Source: Ylistrum balloti (Eukaryota). Taken from it: 64,000 nt of DNA. The position numbers and the translations under genes are program-made. Position 1 is the first letter of the stretch, and the number at the start of each line of letters is the position of its first letter. The notes below the pieces were generated by a model, which ran no database searches, had not been told where the DNA came from, and was given only the letters and a program-made list of their open reading frames with translations. The stretch is from positions 310,001 to 374,000 of the forward strand of contig NW_026782366.1 of the NCBI RefSeq assembly GCF_031769215.1, given 5' to 3'. This document shows positions 12,701 to 26,400 of this stretch, piece by piece.

Positions 12701-15700
12701 CTCAGAATAGCGGTGGTAATGGCAGTTGTTGCATAACGCTGATTAGAATTAAACTTTACCACATATCCCTGTTATAGAAAAGAAACCCACGTCATTCTGT
12801 CTTTTATCTTGTATAAGGATGAGGAGGGGAACTAAATTAAACATATTATTAAATATAGCGTATGTAACTGTTTACAAATAACTGTGAACTCTTGATACAA
12901 TATTCAACTTTGAATTTGTCATACGTCGATGTAACTTGATAAAATCAAACTTGTGCTGAGGATATAAAATGATTCATTGACACTGAAAGCTTGTAACATC
13001 AATACATTATTATCATTTTGATCTTTAAGTCTTAAAAAAATAACTTACCACCTTGTCCATCACTCACATAAATGTATTATGGTAGTTATATCATGTTCTA
13101 CACTGCATGTCTGGGAGATCAATGTAACATTCTCATAGTGTTTGTGACAAATATCAATATAATGTATTACACTGCAGGTCTCGCAGATCAATGTGACATT
13201 CCCATAGTGTTTGTGACAAATATCAATATAATGTATTACACTGCAGGTCTCGCAGATCAATGTGACATTCTCATATTGTTTGTGACAAATATCAATATAA
13301 TGTATTACACAGCAGGTCTCGGAGATCAATGTGACATTCTCATAATGATACCCATGTGTTTGTGACAAATATCAATATCAATAACAGGCTAAACCTTTGA
13401 TCGTAGAATATAGACCTTACCTTGTGTAATCCTGGCTGATGATTACTCTCATGCTTTTCACTGAAATGGGATATAAAGTGTTCTTTCAATCAATTGCAAA
13501 TTCATAGAAAATCAATTTCTCAGAGCAATGTTCCCAGCTGCTATATCAACTTTCACATAAACAACATCAAACTGAATTATTTTAATCCTTAGTTTTGTAA
13601 ATATATCCAGCGGGAGGTGTGAACAGATAATCTAATTTTGTTGACAAGTATTAGTATTCCTTACGCAAATTGATGTAAAAAGTGGAAACAGAAAATATTA
13701 CAGGTTTAAATACTTACGCATAGTTGGGATGAACTGCATGGGCCTGGTCTACACTCATCATGTAGGATTTGGGCATTGACTCTTCAAATGCTGTGCTGCT
13801 CCCTCCAGCACTGAGGCGGCGGAGAACAAGCTCCTGGAGAGTGGATGCTGCACCCTGCGCACTCTGGGACCCCACCTACAGATACAAATTAATAAATTAT
13901 AAATTGACTTGTGTTTACATCTACAGCCACTCTATGGCTATAGCAAAATTGAGAATATCAATGTTTTGCAACTGTGTAATTGGGAATACATGTAACATCC
14001 ATGCACTGAGGCTTCAAATTGACTGTGATATGGGAAATTCAAACTTGGTTCAGAAAATGTGAAATTAACAAAAATTCACACCATAAAACATGTACACATT
14101 GACTTTGGGCCCATCGTAAATAACAAGTCCATTGGTTTGAAGAAATTTGAAATCAAAATATTACATTATTGTATACATTTAAAAAAAACCTGAATATCAA
14201 TTCTGACAGACTATAAGAAAGTGAAAACTGTCATACAGAGCCCCCATCAATCACTTGCAGTGGTGACATGTACAGCTTACCTCTTCGTTGTCAAACAAAC
14301 AGATGAGACGGATGTTTGGGTCTTCACTCAGGCTGTTCCCAATGCATGACTCAATCAAAGCCTACAATAGAGGAAAACAGATGAGCCATATGACAGCTGT
14401 ACATTTACAAAAGTGTATCGCGCTGTAGATTTATTCTTTGTTCTTAAACTTACCCCCCAACCACCCACAATGGAGTAAAACAAATTGTATGTCCTATTAA
14501 CATTCACACCATCAATCATTTAACAAGGTAGAAGTATAATTTACAGAAATTCATGATGAAGTCTCCAGGAAAACATCCTGCTAATCAATGGCTTCATAAC
14601 ATTTTGTTTTATTTATTTGTTTTTTTTTTAGTTGCTCTTGCTTGTTCAAATTTATGGTCAAACCAAATTCGGAGTATGACTTTCATTTCATGAAACTGAC
14701 CTAAATATTTCAATTGCATGAACTTAGCTAATTACTAACCAGATGCCAAATGGGCCCTTTTCTAAAATCATGGCTTGGGGATTTGGTCATTCAGAACTGA
14801 GAAAGTTTTAATACACTTGACCCCTGTGACCCTGAAAGTGGTCAAGGCCATTCTATAGTCCTTCACTAAAGAATGCTCTTTGTCTAAAGTCATGACACTG
14901 GGCCTTCTCTTCATTTAGAAGTTGAATGAAAAGCGAAAAACATTTTACTCCTTGACAAATACAATAATTAATCTAGACTTTTTGTGATTCAGAAAAACCA
15001 CATTTGAAAGCCCTTCATGCCAGCATTCTACTGATGCATTATCTCTGTTGCTTGCATGGCTTACATGGATCCCAAATGAAGAAACTGTTTTCCTACTCTT
15101 TTTTTTATCCATTGCTTCATTCTGGATTCATTTTAATTTCAACTTGTGGAAAACATTACCTCAGTTGCACAATAAGCATTTAGAAGGTTGTCCAGTCGTG
15201 GTGCAAAAATGAACTCCTCTAGAATTCCACCGATGGCCTGTAATATCAAGTCATTGTTAGTATGAGATCATTAATGAACTTAAATAGTTTAAATCTATGT
15301 GTCATTTTTCCCCATCTATATTTATTCTTTGTTGCCCTTGATATCTATGAAGACCACCTTGAAACTATGGAGCTCAGGGAACAATCTGATCATAAATATC
15401 AGAGAAAACCTAATACATGTATACCATCTGGATACAAGGGTAAGTGACAATACTTACAATACTTTGTGAAAGGTTTCTAAAAGTAATGTTTATCACTTAA
15501 ATCTATGACATTCATTAAAGTAGACTTGCTATATACATATTACATAAACTGATTTCATATATAAATGTTTATTTGTAATCAAGGATTAGTTGCTAGATGG
15601 TGTTGTTAACGATGGTGCTGAGATGATCACCACTTCTTTACACAGGCAAAAAAACTTACAGCTGGTTGTGTGTCTGCGAGACAGAGTTCAAAGTCCAACA

Positions 15701-18700
15701 TTTGATCTGGCTGGATATCGAGTTCATCACAAATCAACTTCACTAGTAATGGCTGATGTTTAAGGCACTGTTAAAAATAATGATAAAAACTGGGCACACT
15801 TCTACTTTGTATATTGCCTCAATGTTGATATCACCAACTTGCTACATCTCTACCTTGTGTGTTGTTTCAATGTAGGAAGCACAAACTTGATAATCTTCTA
15901 CAGTGAACGATATTTCAATGTAGATAACACAAACTTGGTATTTGTCTTATTTGATAGAATTCACTTTACAAGTTAAATGGGTGATTACAGGTGTACTTTT
16001 ATCAACAAAGGGAGTTAAGGTAAAGCACACCATTCTTAGGTGTGTAAGAGATACCCCTCTCATCAGTGGACATACAAAAGAATAAATGTAATTATCTGAT
16101 TTGACAAGTAGAGTTTAACACAACAGTATACTATAATCCTGTGGATATATATCATAGCTATTTATGTAGTTACAATATAAACAATTATCAGAAAGCAGTA
16201 GATCTAAGAATTATTTAATGAACTTTCTGGGGAGAGGCACTGTAGGACTTGTTTTGTGAAATCAACTGAATCAACATATCATAAACAAACAAATCTGGTA
16301 TTCATAGAGACAAGAAACCAGAACTTTCGACCTTTGGACATTAAAGAGCAATCCTATGTAAGTAATTTTGGTGAAGAAGCACTGTATCAAATTTGTGTTG
16401 AACAGGCCACCCAAACCAAAAATTGAAACAGAAGTTGGATGAATGGATACAAGTTATTTCGTTTAACACAAATCTGGTAGATCATGTCACACCCAGTCCA
16501 GTTTCTGCTTTTGTACTGTGCTTGACAAATTTAAAAGCTACATTACTCTGCTGATATAAAGTACCTGGTTGTCACTGATTTACATTCTTGCTTCACTTAT
16601 CAAGTATAATAATAAACATTTGAAGGCAGCAATGTATCAAAATGTTTGATTGGTTATGATTTTGAAAGTGACCTTTCAAAATAGTTGGTTTCTCTAGTCA
16701 GGTCCTTCTGTACAAAGAACTGTATTTACCTGGGGAGTGAAGCCTGGAACATTAGTCTCAGAAATCCCAGAATCACCTTGGAGTTCTGCCTGTACAGCTG
16801 TAGCAAGGACAGGACATCTGTAGAACAAAGAACCCAACTTCAGCGAGAGCAAATAAAAAGATATTGATGAACTATCATGACTATGAAAATGGCACTGTCT
16901 ATAGATCCTTTGGTTTTCAAACAGGCTCCAACTCTTTACATCACAGAATTAAATCCAAAATGACACATAAGTTCTCCTTCTCATCCAAAATGACACACAA
17001 TTTCTCCGTCCTATCATTTGGCTGGATAACAAAACTTATTCACGAATATGACATTGTACAGTGCTTATCTTCTATTCGGCTCCAGTGGTGTACAATATTT
17101 GAAAAAGCCCAACCAATTTTTGGTAATAATGCCCAAAATCTCTGACAACCATGTAGAGAGTACTTATCCCATTACTATAAAATCTGTTATCAAAGCGTAT
17201 GTTCCATAACGTTCAGATATTTCAACAGTTGAAATAAAATTTCACATCATTTAAAGCTCTTCTCATTAAATGAAACTCTTTTTAATTAATTAATTGATTT
17301 AAAAGGTTTTATGTCCACTGTCCTAATTCATATTTCTTCCAATTATACCCCGTTATGTACCCCACTCTGATAAAGAACCCTCTGATTCACATACACACAC
17401 ACACACTAAAATGGTGGATATTTGAAGCAGAGAATAAGGTAGTCATGTTGTTCAGGTTTCTAAATACCATACAAAGACAATCAAATTATACACCATAACA
17501 TCGCTTACACATGCGTTTCCTTGTTGGGGCCGAACTTTTCGTTGTGATCTCTCATCAGGTGGATACATATATTGGGCACACGAAGGATTGGACGCTCAAC
17601 ATGTATAAGGCGATGATCAATCTTGTCCTTGTTCTGATGAAAGAAAAAAAAATCTCAGTAAAACCAATCTCTTGGTGTGTCATCAAAGGATAGCTCTTAT
17701 ATTTCTGTCAATGTAACAGAAAATTTGTTAACCCACACCTGGAGTTGTGTTTAAATATCACCAACACAGAAAGATACAGGTAAACTATCATACCCTTGCA
17801 GGCAGTTGGCCAAACACTAGTCATATTTTGGTGAAAGTGTATATTGTCAGAAATAAATGCCAAGTATGATGATATCTGATAAATGCAAATACATTGCAGG
17901 TAATGGAAATCATGTTTATATTTATTTTGCCTGTGCAGTAAATGCCATTTGATATCCTCTAACCAAACAAACTAAATCTCAATATCATCACTCAAGCTAT
18001 GTTATTTAATAAACATACCCTGACAAGCACACGTCCAGCAATAGTTAGGTCTCGGTCAAACCATGTGTGCCAGATACCTCCACCATAACACTCAACACCA
18101 ACCATCTGGTACCCAACCTTGTTCTTTTTAGAATCAGGTTTCACCTGACAAGAAAACAGTTTGGTTTATTACCTTTTTTTTCTTACATAAGTACGTCAGA
18201 GAGTTTAATCAGTTTAATTTAGGAAAAGGTCGATTCTCTGACGAAAAATCCTTGATACATATTCATTATCATGGCATTTTTTTCCTTTTCAAATCTGAAA
18301 ATTAAAAAGTTGATGGACAGTTTGCAAATCTGTGTATTGTAGTTTGTTTGCTATGGAAGACATACAGTACATATTCGAAATAAATACAATCACTGATCTG
18401 TACTTTATACCTTCAGACAAGGACTATCTGTGTGAGCTCCAACTATACTGAAACCATTGCCTGGCTTAAATTTTCCACCGACAGCAAATGCAATGATAGT
18501 GGACTTGTTTCTGGTCAGAAAATACTGCAAGACAAATTTATTTACATGTCACCAACACAATGAACCATCTAAACAATATTAAATACACAATAATATATCT
18601 CATTAACTGCATTATCATTATACTCTACCACATATCATGAAGTGCACTAACTCATACATTTCCATTTGAAGATATGAGATGTAAATGATGTGGATTTTTT

Positions 18701-21700
18701 ATTTATAGTTTGAAATCATCGATTAATATGAATTTATGAGATTTTATAGCAAAGGGAGATAAATTTGATAGAAGGTCTTGTTTCTATATATTACATTCTT
18801 GTACCAAAAATCAATGAACCATGACTATCATTCAATGGTTCCTTTTATCCTGATTTTGTATAAAAATAAACAAAAACAATATTGCTCTGCATCACTAAAT
18901 CATTTATTACATGCACTAAAAACATCCTTCCTGGGGACCCCACTTTTGAAAAATCTATATGCAGTATTATCATTGTTGTTCCGCTGACTCCTACAAAGTA
19001 TATGAATACATTGTGCAATGTAGTCAGAATAGAATGCATTATTTCTCAAATCCTCATTAGGTAATAAGATCAACCAGTGGTGAGATTTTGGTAACTTTAT
19101 CAAAAAAAGAAAACAAAAACTGTGCTTGTCTTCTTACCTTCTGTTGTGGTTTAATGTCCCATGCCTGAGTTTCTTGTAATTCCTTAAATCCAGACCTCAG
19201 CAGCATTTTGGAAACCTCATCTACAGCTGTCAATAAAGACAGTAAAAGGCAAATTGATCAGAAATCTCTTGATCTTCAAAGTCACTGCTTGAAATTCCAT
19301 CACAGTCAAAAGTAAAGATCATGTCAAAAGATTTTTTTCCCATATCAAAAATGATGTTTACTTCTTTTCAATATTGCAATATCAAAAAGCACCATCAATA
19401 TCTGTACTGGCAAATCACTGCTTATTCTGAAAACCAATATCAGAGATCAGTCAGGGATATCCCTGTTGTTTCATAAGAATTCTCTCAGTACCAGAAGTAA
19501 ATATATCATTATTTACCATGAAAAGGGGACGGACTCTTGTTGATGTAGTTGATAAATTGCTTGGCTGCACCCAACACAGTTTCCTTGGAGGCCGCCTACA
19601 ACAATTAATTATGTTTTAATCATCTAGCATCTAGCTGTCAATTTAAGATTTGTGGTATAAAAAATTACAATTTAATTAAGTGTCTGATATTTTCTTGATA
19701 CATAACATTAACAGCACCACACATCAGCATACAGCATCTAGCTTCAAAAACCTGATCAATTACACTATCCCAGTCTCCATTATCAAAACAAGAGGCCCAT
19801 AAGGCTTGTATCACTTATCTGGTGTTGGTTGGCTGGATTTTTTTTTATTCAAACTCAAGGAAAATGAATTTGAATGGTTTATATATATTTCTTCTATTAG
19901 TTCCCACCCCTCTGCTCTCATGGGGGTCAGTGAAACCAATTATAATAGTCTCCTTCACCTAAGAATGCTTCAGACCAAATTGGGATAGAATCCTGTCATT
20001 CTTACGGAAGAAAAAGGAAATATCTTGAAGAATTACTCTGTTTCCCCATTGAGTACCATTCCTCCTACACCTGGGGGCAAAGACCAATTGTTTACACAAA
20101 GCTGATTCCTCTTCACCTGAGGATGTTTCGAATCAAACTGTGACAGAATCCTGACATTCTCACAGAAAAAAAGACTTAAAAGAATTTCACAAGTTCCCTT
20201 TTTGGCCCCACCCCATGGGGTCCAGACACAGTGTATATAAAATTGATTCTTTTCTTCCAAAGCGGCACAGAATTCTGATATTGCTACAAAAGAAGAATTT
20301 TCAAGAATTTGCTCTGTTGCCTTGTTGTGCCCTGCCCCTCTGGCGCCAGGGGGCCAAGACCCATAATTCATACAAAATTGATTTCTTTCATTCAAGGGTA
20401 CTTCAGACGAAATTATGATAAAATCTAATCATTCCTACAGAAGAAGAAGGGTAAAGAATTTGCTTAATTTCCCCTTTTAGCCCCTGTTCCTCATGCCCCA
20501 GATGGTTCAGGCTCACCATTTATACTAAATCTGGTCAAAATCTGCTTGATCATTCATAACTAATAACAATTTACAGAAAATATTGACGGAAAAGCTCACT
20601 TGGCCCTTCATGACAGCCAGGTGACTTAAAAAAGCAACATTTAAGAAATATCTTGTAGTTCAACAACACATAACTGACTATGCCTTACATGTTTTTATTT
20701 TTTCAACTCTTGTTGTACTACTTTTGACACTGTCACTTAGAGTCAGAGGTTTAATAAAATTACTCAAATCGCCATAACTTATCTTACTGGTTATCTATTC
20801 ATTCAGAAGGGCTTGTCTAGATGAGTTAATTCAATATCCACTCTGATAGGGGCATCATATTACACTTCAATATATGCCCAGTAGTCAATAGGTATTTATC
20901 TAGACATGCTCCTGTGACTGATAATGTATAACAATAACAGACTTACAAATGTGTAACTTGGTACCAAAATTTGTTTTTTCATCAGTACTGACAGAACTTT
21001 CATCAGTACTGAAACAACTTCTGTAAGTAATGAAACTTCCTAATGGGTATTGTACCATACACACAGACACCTAAGCATCATACTTTGTTTGCCAAGCTCT
21101 GTCAATGAATTTCAACCAATCGTACATAAATCAATTGAAATGTGGATATTCTATAAGATTTATCAAAATTAACTAGCCAGTGAAACAAAGCATATTTCTA
21201 AAAATGTATCAACAGATACGCCATCAAATTCGCTCACCTAAAAATGAGAAATGTATATTTGAAATGTGACTGCACTTTCATTTCTGATGACATCACTACA
21301 CCAAATACTTCAGCTTATAGTGGCCAAGAAGTACACATATGACAAAAATCATTATTTGAACAGGAATGATTTTGATTAAAACATTTTTGAAAAATCAAAA
21401 TCAAATCATAGTGCAAAAGGAAAATTTTTTGTGCACTGAAAGTGCAATCTTGTTAACAAAGTTGCTAAAAATGCAGGAGGTTGAAGTTAGAAATTTAGTA
21501 GGAAACAATAGCTGACAATTGTATCATATGTTCCTTTGTAACTTTATTTTTATTTTACTGGAAAGCTAGACATCCTTGCAGCAAAATTCCACAGTGAGAG
21601 CTATAATTAGATGCATGCATCTATTTCTCAATAAAACAGGATTGGCTCAATAATCTGTAATTAATTGCTCACACAAGAGCCAGGACATAGCATGTCAACA

Positions 21701-23270
21701 AGTTTATTAAAAAATTTCACATATATTTATCATATGGTGTTAATTACAGCTATTTGGAGGTGTACATTGAACTTTTTTTATGTATTTCTCCTTATCAGCC
21801 TGTAGAGATGGGTTAAGCCATTAAAAATTAAAAGATTTCGTACATTGATTTACATGACTATAATTAAAATTTGATTGTCACAAGTAGATTAACATTATTG
21901 AAAATGCTAGTTTGATGAAATTCCAAGTGTTTTAAATTATACTATGAACTGTCTATGCCATATCCAGACAAAACAAAATGCTAAAGAATCTGTGTTTTTG
22001 GCTTCACTTGTCTAAAATGCAAAGCGTGTCAAAAGGTTATTTGATAACTCCCACACAGATTAGGTGTCTGGTGTTAGTTACTATATAAAGACTGCAAGTT
22101 GCATTGTGTAAGGGAAGTTGTCTGAGTCATGTCCTGGTCATGTGCATTTCATCATTCTGCTTGTCTATGCTTGCATTACATAAAGAGATTATTGTGTTTA
22201 GTTCCGGTCTATTCATAGGCCAAAACTTGTTGATTTACTCAAACTAAACTCTTTGTAAAGTGTCAAAGACCTGTTTTTTTTTTTACATTTCAAAATTAAG
22301 TTTCGTTTTTTTTATAAGGACTTTTGCATCAAGACGAAAATAAATTGCCATCTAAAATGCCATTGGCATCTTTTTCCCTGAATAAGGAAATATTTTTAGG
22401 TAAACATCTTAATTTAACAAACTTTTAAAATAAAGTTTTTTCATCAGTTGGTCTACAACTCGCTAGTTGCTTCAATCCGTGGATGCAGGGTCACAATGTT
22501 TTTTTTATAATATAATTATAGAGCTTCTGTAAACTAAACGGAAAATGAATTTTAACCATAACAATATAATTTTGAGTCTGGTGAAGAGAAACACTGTGTG
22601 TCCCTGTTCCGGAAACATTACTATACTATACTATACTATACTATTGTATATTTTGTTGTTTATCCCACTGGTACCCGATAACTGGATTAATTAATTGATT
22701 AACTAAAAAAACACCAATTTATTGACATGTTCCCTTCGTCTATAAAATGTGAAAGACATCAGGTACCCGAGAACTGAATTAATTAATTGATTAAGTTAAA
22801 AAAAAAACACCAATTTATTGACAAGTACACTTAGTCTATCAATTAATTAATCCACTTCTCGGGTACCTGTGGTTTATCCCTACCGACTCCTAAATACATA
22901 GCGGTCGCGAACCGTTGTCTACACGATACAGTACAATCATTTCTACATAAAGTATGATGTCTAAGTTGGTGGTTTAATCAATATCTTTCCGATCAGTGAA
23001 CGATCTTAATGCAACACGACTACAAGATTTCAAAACTAATTCTAACACACTGAAAATTGTAACCATTGTTGCTTGTAAACAGACGCCGCCCAACGTCATG
23101 TGACACAACAGAGGTAAGACTGGTTCCAGCAAACTCTGAATGACATTTGTGAAACCGAAAATAATTTGAGTTTATGAGCGAACGTATTAACGTGTTAAGA
23201 TGTGACGACATTGCAGTAGGCTAAGATAATTAATTCTGTGAATGCTATAAAGAAATTAACAGCTTACCAT
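9757..23270 (-). CDS. DNPEP: Aspartyl aminopeptidase (M18 family), 14 coding exons
   Basis: Exons 23270-23268 (ATG only), 19595-19517, 19226-19138, 18524-18411, 18144-18019, 17633-17509, 16817-16730, 15767-15660, 15237-15160, 14361-14281, 13875-13718, 13460-13421, 12768-12667, 11988-11821 and 9804-9757 (15 segments counting the ATG exon). All introns GT-AG and phases join. Motifs [48 protein letters not shown]. The ATG-only first exon is inferred. Confidence 0.97.
10330..11260. mobile_element. Degenerate bivalve HINE/MITE-like non-autonomous repeat, interrupted by a younger MITE
   Basis: Core-repeat-like text (CCCCAGGGG, CCCCAGGGTCATG, AATTTTGGTACATCT, GAAGAAGAT) resembling the elements at 19785 and 47898. 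Boundaries approximate. Confidence 0.5.
10732..11116. mobile_element. 385-bp MITE with 11-bp TIR and 6-bp TSD (hAT-like)
   Basis: Starts CAGAGATGAAA and ends TTTCATCTCTG. ACTTGT flanks both sides (10726-10731 and 11117-11122). An internal copy of the right end lies at 10756-10799. Confidence 0.8.
13070..13380. repeat. 66-bp minisatellite, about 4.5 copies, in a DNPEP intron
   Basis: Repeating TGTTTGTGACAAATATCAATATAATGTATTACACTGCAGGTCTCGCAGATCAATGTGACATTCTCATA; 22-aa periodicity in the ORF track. Confidence 0.95.
19785..20632. mobile_element. HINE/CvA-type non-autonomous element with internal tandem core repeats
   Basis: Begins AAAACAAGAGGCCCAT and ends GAAAAGCTCACTTGG...CCAGGTGACTTAAAAAA. 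Internal repeats (CAGACCAAATT/CAGACGAAATT, ATTCCTACA, AGAAGAA). These termini are typical of bivalve Helentron-associated elements. Confidence 0.75.
22666..22871. mobile_element. 206-bp MITE with about 30-bp TIR and 8-bp TSD
   Basis: Left end CACTGGTACCCGATAACTGGATTAATTAATTGAT; right end ATCAATTAATTAATCCACTTCTCGGGTACCTGTG. GTTTATCC on both sides (22658-22665 and 22872-22879). A second copy of the left end lies at 22760-22822. Confidence 0.85.
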
Positions 23271-23401
23271 TTTCTTGTCCACTCTTCTGTGATGGAGATA
23301 ATTTCCTGGAAATTGATTTCGGCGTCATCCAAACGTTTTGTGAAATTGTGTTTATCCAGGCACACATTAAAACCTTTAGACGACGCTTTGAAAGTTTGAA
23401 G
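23271..23401. promoter_or_regulatory. Compact bidirectional promoter / 5' UTR interval between DNPEP and NEMP
   Basis: Only 131 nt separate the inferred DNPEP ATG (23270, -) from the NEMP ATG (23402, +). Confidence 0.65.
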
Positions 23402-26400
23402 ATGGCGCTCAAATTGATTTGCGGTCAGAGTTCAAGGGGCTCTCGTACTGGGATGTCTATGATGTTTGTTGTGTGGACGGGTTTTCTATTCTTAACTATT
23501 GTATCAGAATCGGACCAATCTACTGAACAAAAATGTAAGATGTCGTCATATATCTTTATATCTTTCCTTTCAAACACCTATGACAAATATGGAAAACCCG
23601 ACTATTCCCGAATTGTGGCCATTTCGTAGAATCGTACTGAACCCAGTAGGTAGTTTCGGTACTTATGAAAGCCGTTTCGACTCTTCATGAAAACAAACTT
23701 CGATGGTATCTTGAAAGTGCATTTTAAATCCCGATGTTCTTTGTAATATATTGAACGATATTTTATTAAAATCTCATAAAGAGATTACAGACCATGTCCA
23801 GGAAATATGTTTTTCAACATGTAGAGGCATAACTGTGATTTAGACATTGGGCATGGATAATCCTATAGCTGATATGTCATATCATGATTGTGTAATATTA
23901 TTTCTGGGATATGTTTTTACGAATATTTCTATGGTGTCACTTTCTTTTAGGAAAGTTTAAGAAGAACACGAAAGTGGAAACAAGGCCCACTGGATACTTA
24001 GTTGGAAATATTTGTGTTTGTTCACAGAGCTTTGAAGATCTCAAAACCCACTCTCTTTCTATTGATATCTATCTTTTTTTCTACCTTCATCTATATAACC
24101 TTGCATTGGTGTGACAGCATCAGACTGATCATGACTGTCTTACCAGACTCGAAGAGGTCCCTGTAGTTACGCCATTCTCCAGACATTTACTGAAACCTTA
24201 TCCAACTCTGACAATATTTTAATTAGCACTACATGGACAGAGTCCAAGATTCATAGATGTGGGGATAAAGACTTATGGGGTAGATATTGATTCTAAGAAA
24301 AAAAATCTCCTTATTTTGGGCTGACAGTGGTTAACAAATATACAGTAATATTTCTGTTGTGGAAGACATTGTTCATCATCAAAGAGGCCATGTGTATATT
24401 GAAGATTACTGTTTCTACTACTGTTCGCTTCACAGGGACTTGGCACAAATTCTCAACCCACAGTCCATTTCATATTACAGTCACTATAATACTTGTAGAT
24501 GTGGATTTGAAATTTGTGCAAATCCCTCCTTGTGGTTAATTTTGAAAAGGTTAGTAATGTACTTTAAATCATAAAAACCTTAACTCTATCCTTTGATATT
24601 ACTGTGCCAGTACTTATTTGATCAGAATTTGAAAACAACAAAATATTTTTTGAAGTTTGAATAATCAGATAATGTTTAAACACTGATTGGAACATCATCT
24701 GCAACAAGCCCAATACCACCTTACTCAATTAATCTCTTGGCAAACACAAAATTTACTTTATTTGAAGTTATCATCAGTATTTCTGCCAACCAACAATCTC
24801 GACACTCTTAGACAAACCAAGTATGTGTGTGTGTGTCCAACTTAGAGATATTTTTTGTATGTTATGTTTGCTTTGGGATGATGTTTCTAATGCCATCTTA
24901 TCACAGTACAGAAACTGTAATCCTCAATCAGACAAAATCATATTCTCTTTCAGGCTTCTAAAGTGAGCAATTCTGATTCAGTGTCTTGCTTAAGGATACA
25001 ACACTATTTACAGACCTTGAACCCCCTACTTCACAATCACCAGCTAGTTGATAGCTTTACATTTATCATTACATTATGATGCCCACAAAGTTGTGACAAT
25101 CTGTTCAACAGTTAGTATGTGTACCTAGAGTAATGGCTTGACTAACAATAGAAGGGACATTGGTAAAAATGTGTTGTCATTGCAATTGAAGATAAAGGAT
25201 AGAACAGCACAAGAAGTAAAAAAATGATTATAATGTTATTCCAATGGGACAGCCACATTTATGGAGCTGTACAGGACTATTGTTACTGACAACAAACACA
25301 CTTAATGGAAAGTATTTGTAATAATAACTGAAGTCTTTTATGACTCTGATTCCAAAACATGCCATATGTAATATATGTGAACAGAATATGGTAAAAATGT
25401 CTGCAGAGCGTTATTATCATGACAACTGCAAATATAAAGACAATAAATGATACAATTTTCCTGTTTGATTAAGTAATTTTAAATTAGATTAACTTTAGTT
25501 TAGACCACATAAAGGTGCACTTGTAAAGGGTGCATTAAATTGAACTGCATTTTGGCTGATGTACTCGTAGCACAGATGTTTATGATAATGTCTACAAGTC
25601 AAACATGGGATGGCATTTACAGTCAGATGGTTGTTGCGCATTGCAACTGTAGTATTAATTTGTATGTATGGGAAGAAGTCATCATGCAAGTGATAATGTC
25701 ACATTACAAAATTTATATAGATCACATTAATCTCAGTCAACTGTAAAGTATACATATTTTTGGTTGTTTCAGGTTCCAGTCTAACTTTGGGATATAAAGA
25801 AGAAGTCTCATTTAATTCTAAAGAGCCACAAGAGGCTGAGAGATTTGCCAATCATTGGCACTGTTACTGTTACGAAGGACAAGTACAGTATCTACATCTT
25901 CTCTGGTCCAACCCAGTGGTATGTTAAAAACACATTTAAAGTTTGTCTGCTCTGATAAATACCATTTGATACATTATCTTAGATTTAACATTTTTCGGTT
26001 TCTCACAAATATTACCTTATGAATGAAAAGTATACCAGGACAAATACACTATGCTTATTTGAATTATCAGCATTGTTTTATGTGCATGTTATGATAGAAT
26101 TATCAGTTTAATGGAGAAAAGAAAATATTACAGATGTGTAAGAAATGACGGTTTCTGTTTATTTGATTATTTATGAAATGTTTATTAATCAGAGTAATTC
26201 AAAGTTCAGCAACACAAAATTTACACAAAAGCATGTTGATCATAATTGATTTCATGACAGGCATGGGACAGAAAATTTTGTATGGAACAGGAGATCTGGT
26301 GGTGTGGGACCAGGAATTTTGATGTATGGAACAGGCAACCTGGTTGTGTGGGACAGGGAACCTTGATCACATATGGGACATGGGATAATGTTATTTGTGG

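Noticed and set aside
13060-13368. Overlapping ORFs with 22-aa Cys/His repeats (zinc-finger-like)
   Set aside because: Both are read-throughs of the 66-bp minisatellite.
13738-13752. DNPEP DQAH in place of the usual DMAH
   Set aside because: The metal-ligand Asp and the His are retained, so there is no reason to infer loss or change of function.
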